Source of the DNA: Octopus sinensis
Taxonomy: Eukaryota
Reading direction: 5' to 3'
Assembly: GCF_006345805.1 (NCBI RefSeq)
Contig: NC_042997.1
Location: 55,056,001 to 55,120,000, forward strand
Length of the DNA stretch: 64,000 nucleotides
Shown here: piece by piece, positions 59,932-64,000 of the stretch
Layout of the letters: each line of letters starts with the position of its first letter
Numbering within the stretch: the first letter of the stretch is position 1
Position numbers and translations under genes: made by a program
The notes under the pieces: model-generated
The model's input: the letters and a program-made list of their open reading frames with translations, nothing else
Told to the model about the DNA's origin: nothing
Database searches by the model: none

Positions 59932-60784
59932 TACAGGAGGCATTGGCTAATTTTGACGATTTTTTGCCTCCCATTTCAGGAATAGCTTGATGAATTTGTG
60001 ACCAGTAAATAGTGTTGGAAAGCATAACAATAAAAGTTGTAGCTGAGGAAAAGTTAACTGACATGGAGGACTGATAGCCAGCTGCATATAGGAAGGAAGT
60101 TACTGGTATCATGATGATTCGCGTCGCATATCACAATACTGACATCATGACGCTCAATGCTCTTTGAACATTGTAAAAGCTGTAAGACGTGACATGGACT
60201 ACTGCAACAGTGACTACAAAGCCATGACTAGCTGGAAGGGACACATTAGGCGTTCTGATTGCGTCCGCACGTCAGAATTCATCCCTACATCTTTGAACAG
60301 GGCTTTAAGCTCAACTCAGGCAACTATGTGAAGCTGTTGGAGAATGTGGTCAATCCCTGGATGGAGAGGGTTGCTGTTAGAAGGCCGTATGTGTGGCAGC
60401 AAGATTTGGCTTCTTGCCATACCACCGCAAAGCGCCAGAAATCACTGGCGGAGAATTTCTATGACTTCACCATCCCTAATTTCTGGCCCCCAAAAATCCT
60501 TCCGATTGCAATCTCTTGGCTTAGTCGAGAAAGACACCACCCGCACTGCCTGCGATACCAAGGCCGAACTAGTGGTCAAGGCCTCGAAAGGGTGTTTAAA
60601 GATTTCTTCAGGACACAGTGGGAAACGTATGCGCCAGGAACCTGAGGTCTGCTACTTTGAGTAAGCTGTTATCTCCCAGTCATAACCAAGTTGATATTTT
60701 TTGATTTTTAAAATACTTTATTTTCAGATGGGATATTTTCTTTTCTTTTTATACAAACTATCTAACTGGGCTTGAACAACCTGT
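59932..60784 (+). mobile_element. Tc1/mariner-superfamily (maT/DD37D-like) transposase remnant
   Basis: Translation FEQGFKLNSGNYVKLLENVVNPW...PYVWQQDLASCHT...FWPP. Termini TACAGG ... CCTGT. Confidence 0.75.
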
Positions 60785-61711
60785 GTGGTACATTTAATAT
60801 ACGCATCATACGTATATACATACATATAATATAGATTTAATATTTATAGCATATACAGTATATGTCATATCTATGTGTGTGTGTGTGTGTGCGCGCATGC
60901 ATGTGTGTGTGTGCGCGCGCATGCATGTGTGTGTGTGTGTATGTGTGTGATAGTTAACATCTAAAAAGACAAAAAATTCATGTCTTCGATGTAATGAGGT
61001 AGCCTCTATGTTGTCCTTCAACCTGCTAGAAATAGCAGCCTAATCGTTCTCAAATGAAACCATACAACCCTAAACACAGATGAATTCGCAATATGCTTCT
61101 TGGAATACAAAAAGGTGCGATGATTATGAATTTGTGTATAGGTACGTCTAACAAGGGCGAATTGCGGACTCAAAATAACTACAACGGTAATTTTATTTTT
61201 AAAATTGTATACATCATATAAAAGTGGCAAAAAATAAGCTTTCTTTCTCTTTGTAGACAAGACACGATTAATTCCATGCTTCCTTTCACATTAATTGTTA
61301 ATAGCTTAGAGTTTAGATATCAAAACGTAATGCTAAATTACAATTTACTTAAAGGTGTACATGGTTGATAAGGCCTTGGAATAAATATCCCGTGGTTTTA
61401 CAGTTGTCTTTTCAACATGGCTTATTGTGATACACATACACACATAGACACACATACACACACTTATACATGCATATACAGATACGCACACATATTCTTT
61501 TGATAGAAAGATGTAGCCGATGTGTCTCTTAATGATTTCACACACGCATTAATCGCATCAATTCGTCAAGTTGTCAACTTCTTGGTGAAAAGAGACACAT
61601 CCACCATTTTCCCATGTGAGAGATTCAAGTGATATTTCTATAGCTGTGCTGAAAATAGAATATAATGCAAACATACATGGACTTTTAGATTTATCAGTTT
61701 CAAAATCTTCC

Positions 61712-61777
<66 letters not shown>

Positions 61778-61797
61778 CTCTCACTCTCTCTCTCACT

Positions 61798-61829
<32 letters not shown>

Positions 61830-61833
61830 CTCA

Positions 61834-61915
<82 letters not shown>

Positions 61916-62096
61916 CTTAGTCTCTGTCTGTCGCTCCCTCTCATCCGTTTTTCTCTCTCTACATATGTACATGTGAATATGTCCTTATGTGAGTGATTTT
62001 GTGTATATTTGTCTAACCTCTGAGTGTGTGTGTGTATGTGTGCGTGCACGTGTGTATGTACGTGTGTGTATATGTGTGCATGTACGCGTGTGTGTG

Positions 62097-62149
<53 letters not shown>

Positions 62150-64000
62150 CAGTAAAGATAGGTTTGTGCAAACCAAAAGATAGCATTTTAAAGGATAGGT
62201 TAAACTAATACTAAGTTGAACTGATACATGAAAACAAGAGAAAATAAAAGAGAAATAACCGCTGCATTTTCGCTAGTTTATTTACTGCCATCATTGAATT
62301 GCATGAACTTCCTAATTCAAATAAAACTTCTTCACAGAACCCGATAGTCATACATAACTTCATTCCTCTGAGCAACAGGGGTTTGATATTAAAAAATGAG
62401 TTCATCTGTAGGAAACAAAGAAGAAAAAAGAAAGCAATGTTACAATTCTATGTTTTTATCGATATCTGTTCTCTTGTGAGATTTCATGTTTTTATTTTCT
62501 TACATTAAATCCACAACTTACAGAGAATTGAATTCTCGAGTGAAAAACACAATGCGCATAGGTTGTCGCCAACACTCCTTGCAGAGAATCGATTAGTAGA
62601 CAACGCAAAACTTCCCGCCAAAAAAACCTGTGGATTGTTAATGCGGTTGGGTCGCTTGCGCTTTTCTACTGTCACCTGGACGCCACAGGGAAGTTATAGC
62701 AATAGATAGAAACAAATACATCACTGACAGTAAAACATTCACAGCAGAACAAAACACAAAGAATATTCACAGAATAGTAACAACAAAAAATAAAGCCGCA
62801 ACGGAATAGAATAAAATAAAACTTACATAACTCATTAAAGAATGGCACCGTTAATTTCTCTAGAGCTCTATTTTGTTTCTGGTTGTTAACTTCAGTTTCC
62901 GCCTGAAGCAACGTCTAGTAAATTGGTGGGCAACAATTAAGCAGGTTCTAATACACGCCTCATCATTGTACATTCTGCAGATGTGCATCAAAATATTTTT
63001 TGTTTTTATAAATATTTTGCTGTGTTTTAAAATGAAAATCTAGATAAAAGCGCCTAGAAAATCAATAAATCTGCTGGAGGCTGCTTTTATCCCCACTATG
63101 TTAGATACTATGTTTTCTTGCAACATATATCTAAGCAAAATACAAAACATTATTCATTCACACATACGTCCATAAATAAACACATAGGAAACGTTTGTTG
63201 TTAATCTGCAGAATATTCACATATTTCAAAATAAAATAACCAATACAGTTAGAATTCCGACATTTCTAGGAAAGGATCAATATCTATCCCTACACAAGTT
63301 TTACTCTTTCTTTGCAATTAACATAAATAGGAAACAAGTTAATGCATACAAAGCATAGTTATTTTTTTATTAATTTAATTCAGAAAATGCTAAAATGTTA
63401 AAACAAAAAGGATATATAGATCCAGAAACCAGTTAACATATTATAAACTAAATGATATTAGAGTACCGAATCCTACAGAAATATATGTTTTTCAAACTTT
63501 ATTAAAAAGGTCATGGTATTGTGTAAAAAGATAAGGATGAAAAGTATACAATGCAAGGAGTAAAATATAGTTGTAATTGTTCGGTTGATGCCTTACACTG
63601 CTATTAGGAGTGTAAGGCATAGATCGGTCATGGCAGTAATTGTAGATAAGAAAACCACATTCCAAGTCCAAAAATGTAAGATGGTGTCGCCACCTCAATA
63701 CAAGTAACATAGATTACACATAAAGAACAGTAATACATGAATGATAGAAGTTCTAAGAAAACAAAACACATCATATTATTTTTAAAGGGAGAGACCAGCG
63801 CTTAACATAACAGGGAATTTCAAGTTTTAGCATAAATTTAGCATATCGAACTGTTCCGTACCTTATGTATCAGTTGTAGATGCAACTAGCTTACAATTCA
63901 AAACTCCGGGTACAAGAATATGCTTGAAAGCTTAAAGCTTGCATATATATTTTGCACGAAAGCAAGATGAAAAGGTTTCTTCTTCACATTCAATGTATTA

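Larger units (their letters stand above)
59361..62371. repeat. Dispersed inverted pair of a ~100-bp element (59361-59460 on +, 62272-62371 on -)
   Basis: AGAGGAATGAAGTTATGTATGACTAT.GGGTTCTGTGA.GAAGTT.TATTT.AATTAGGAAGTTCATG; about 11 mismatches in 100 nt by eye. Confidence 0.85.

Overview
AT-rich, microsatellite-dense eukaryotic DNA. The SINE and LINE complement suggests an octopus (coleoid cephalopod) genome; this is an inference from repeat content. No intact protein-coding gene is present, and almost all listed ORFs are translations of microsatellites. The window is mostly decayed mobile DNA: four recurrent tRNA-headed SINE families, Tc1/mariner remnants, RTE- and CR1-type LINE fragments, restriction-like-endonuclease (R4/Dong-type) LINE 3' ends sitting in (TAA)n tracts, Penelope-like (GIY-YIG) fragments and one truncated Gypsy-type LTR element. 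One 45-nt, frame-preserving minus-strand exon candidate (18080-18124) suggests the window lies in the long introns of a minus-strand gene. The most interesting signal is a set of type I hammerhead-ribozyme folds in different repeat remnants: a near-canonical minimal one at the 3' end of a Penelope-like element (11348-11390, -), one with a G3:C8 swap of the catalytic-core pair (59711-59769, +), and one or two decayed ones with a long stem II (35822-35910 and 30520-30660, +). Also notable are a young ~250-bp inverted duplication (51419-52256) and a 7-unit repeat/variable-spacer array next to the exon. Repeat boundaries were read by eye and are approximate.
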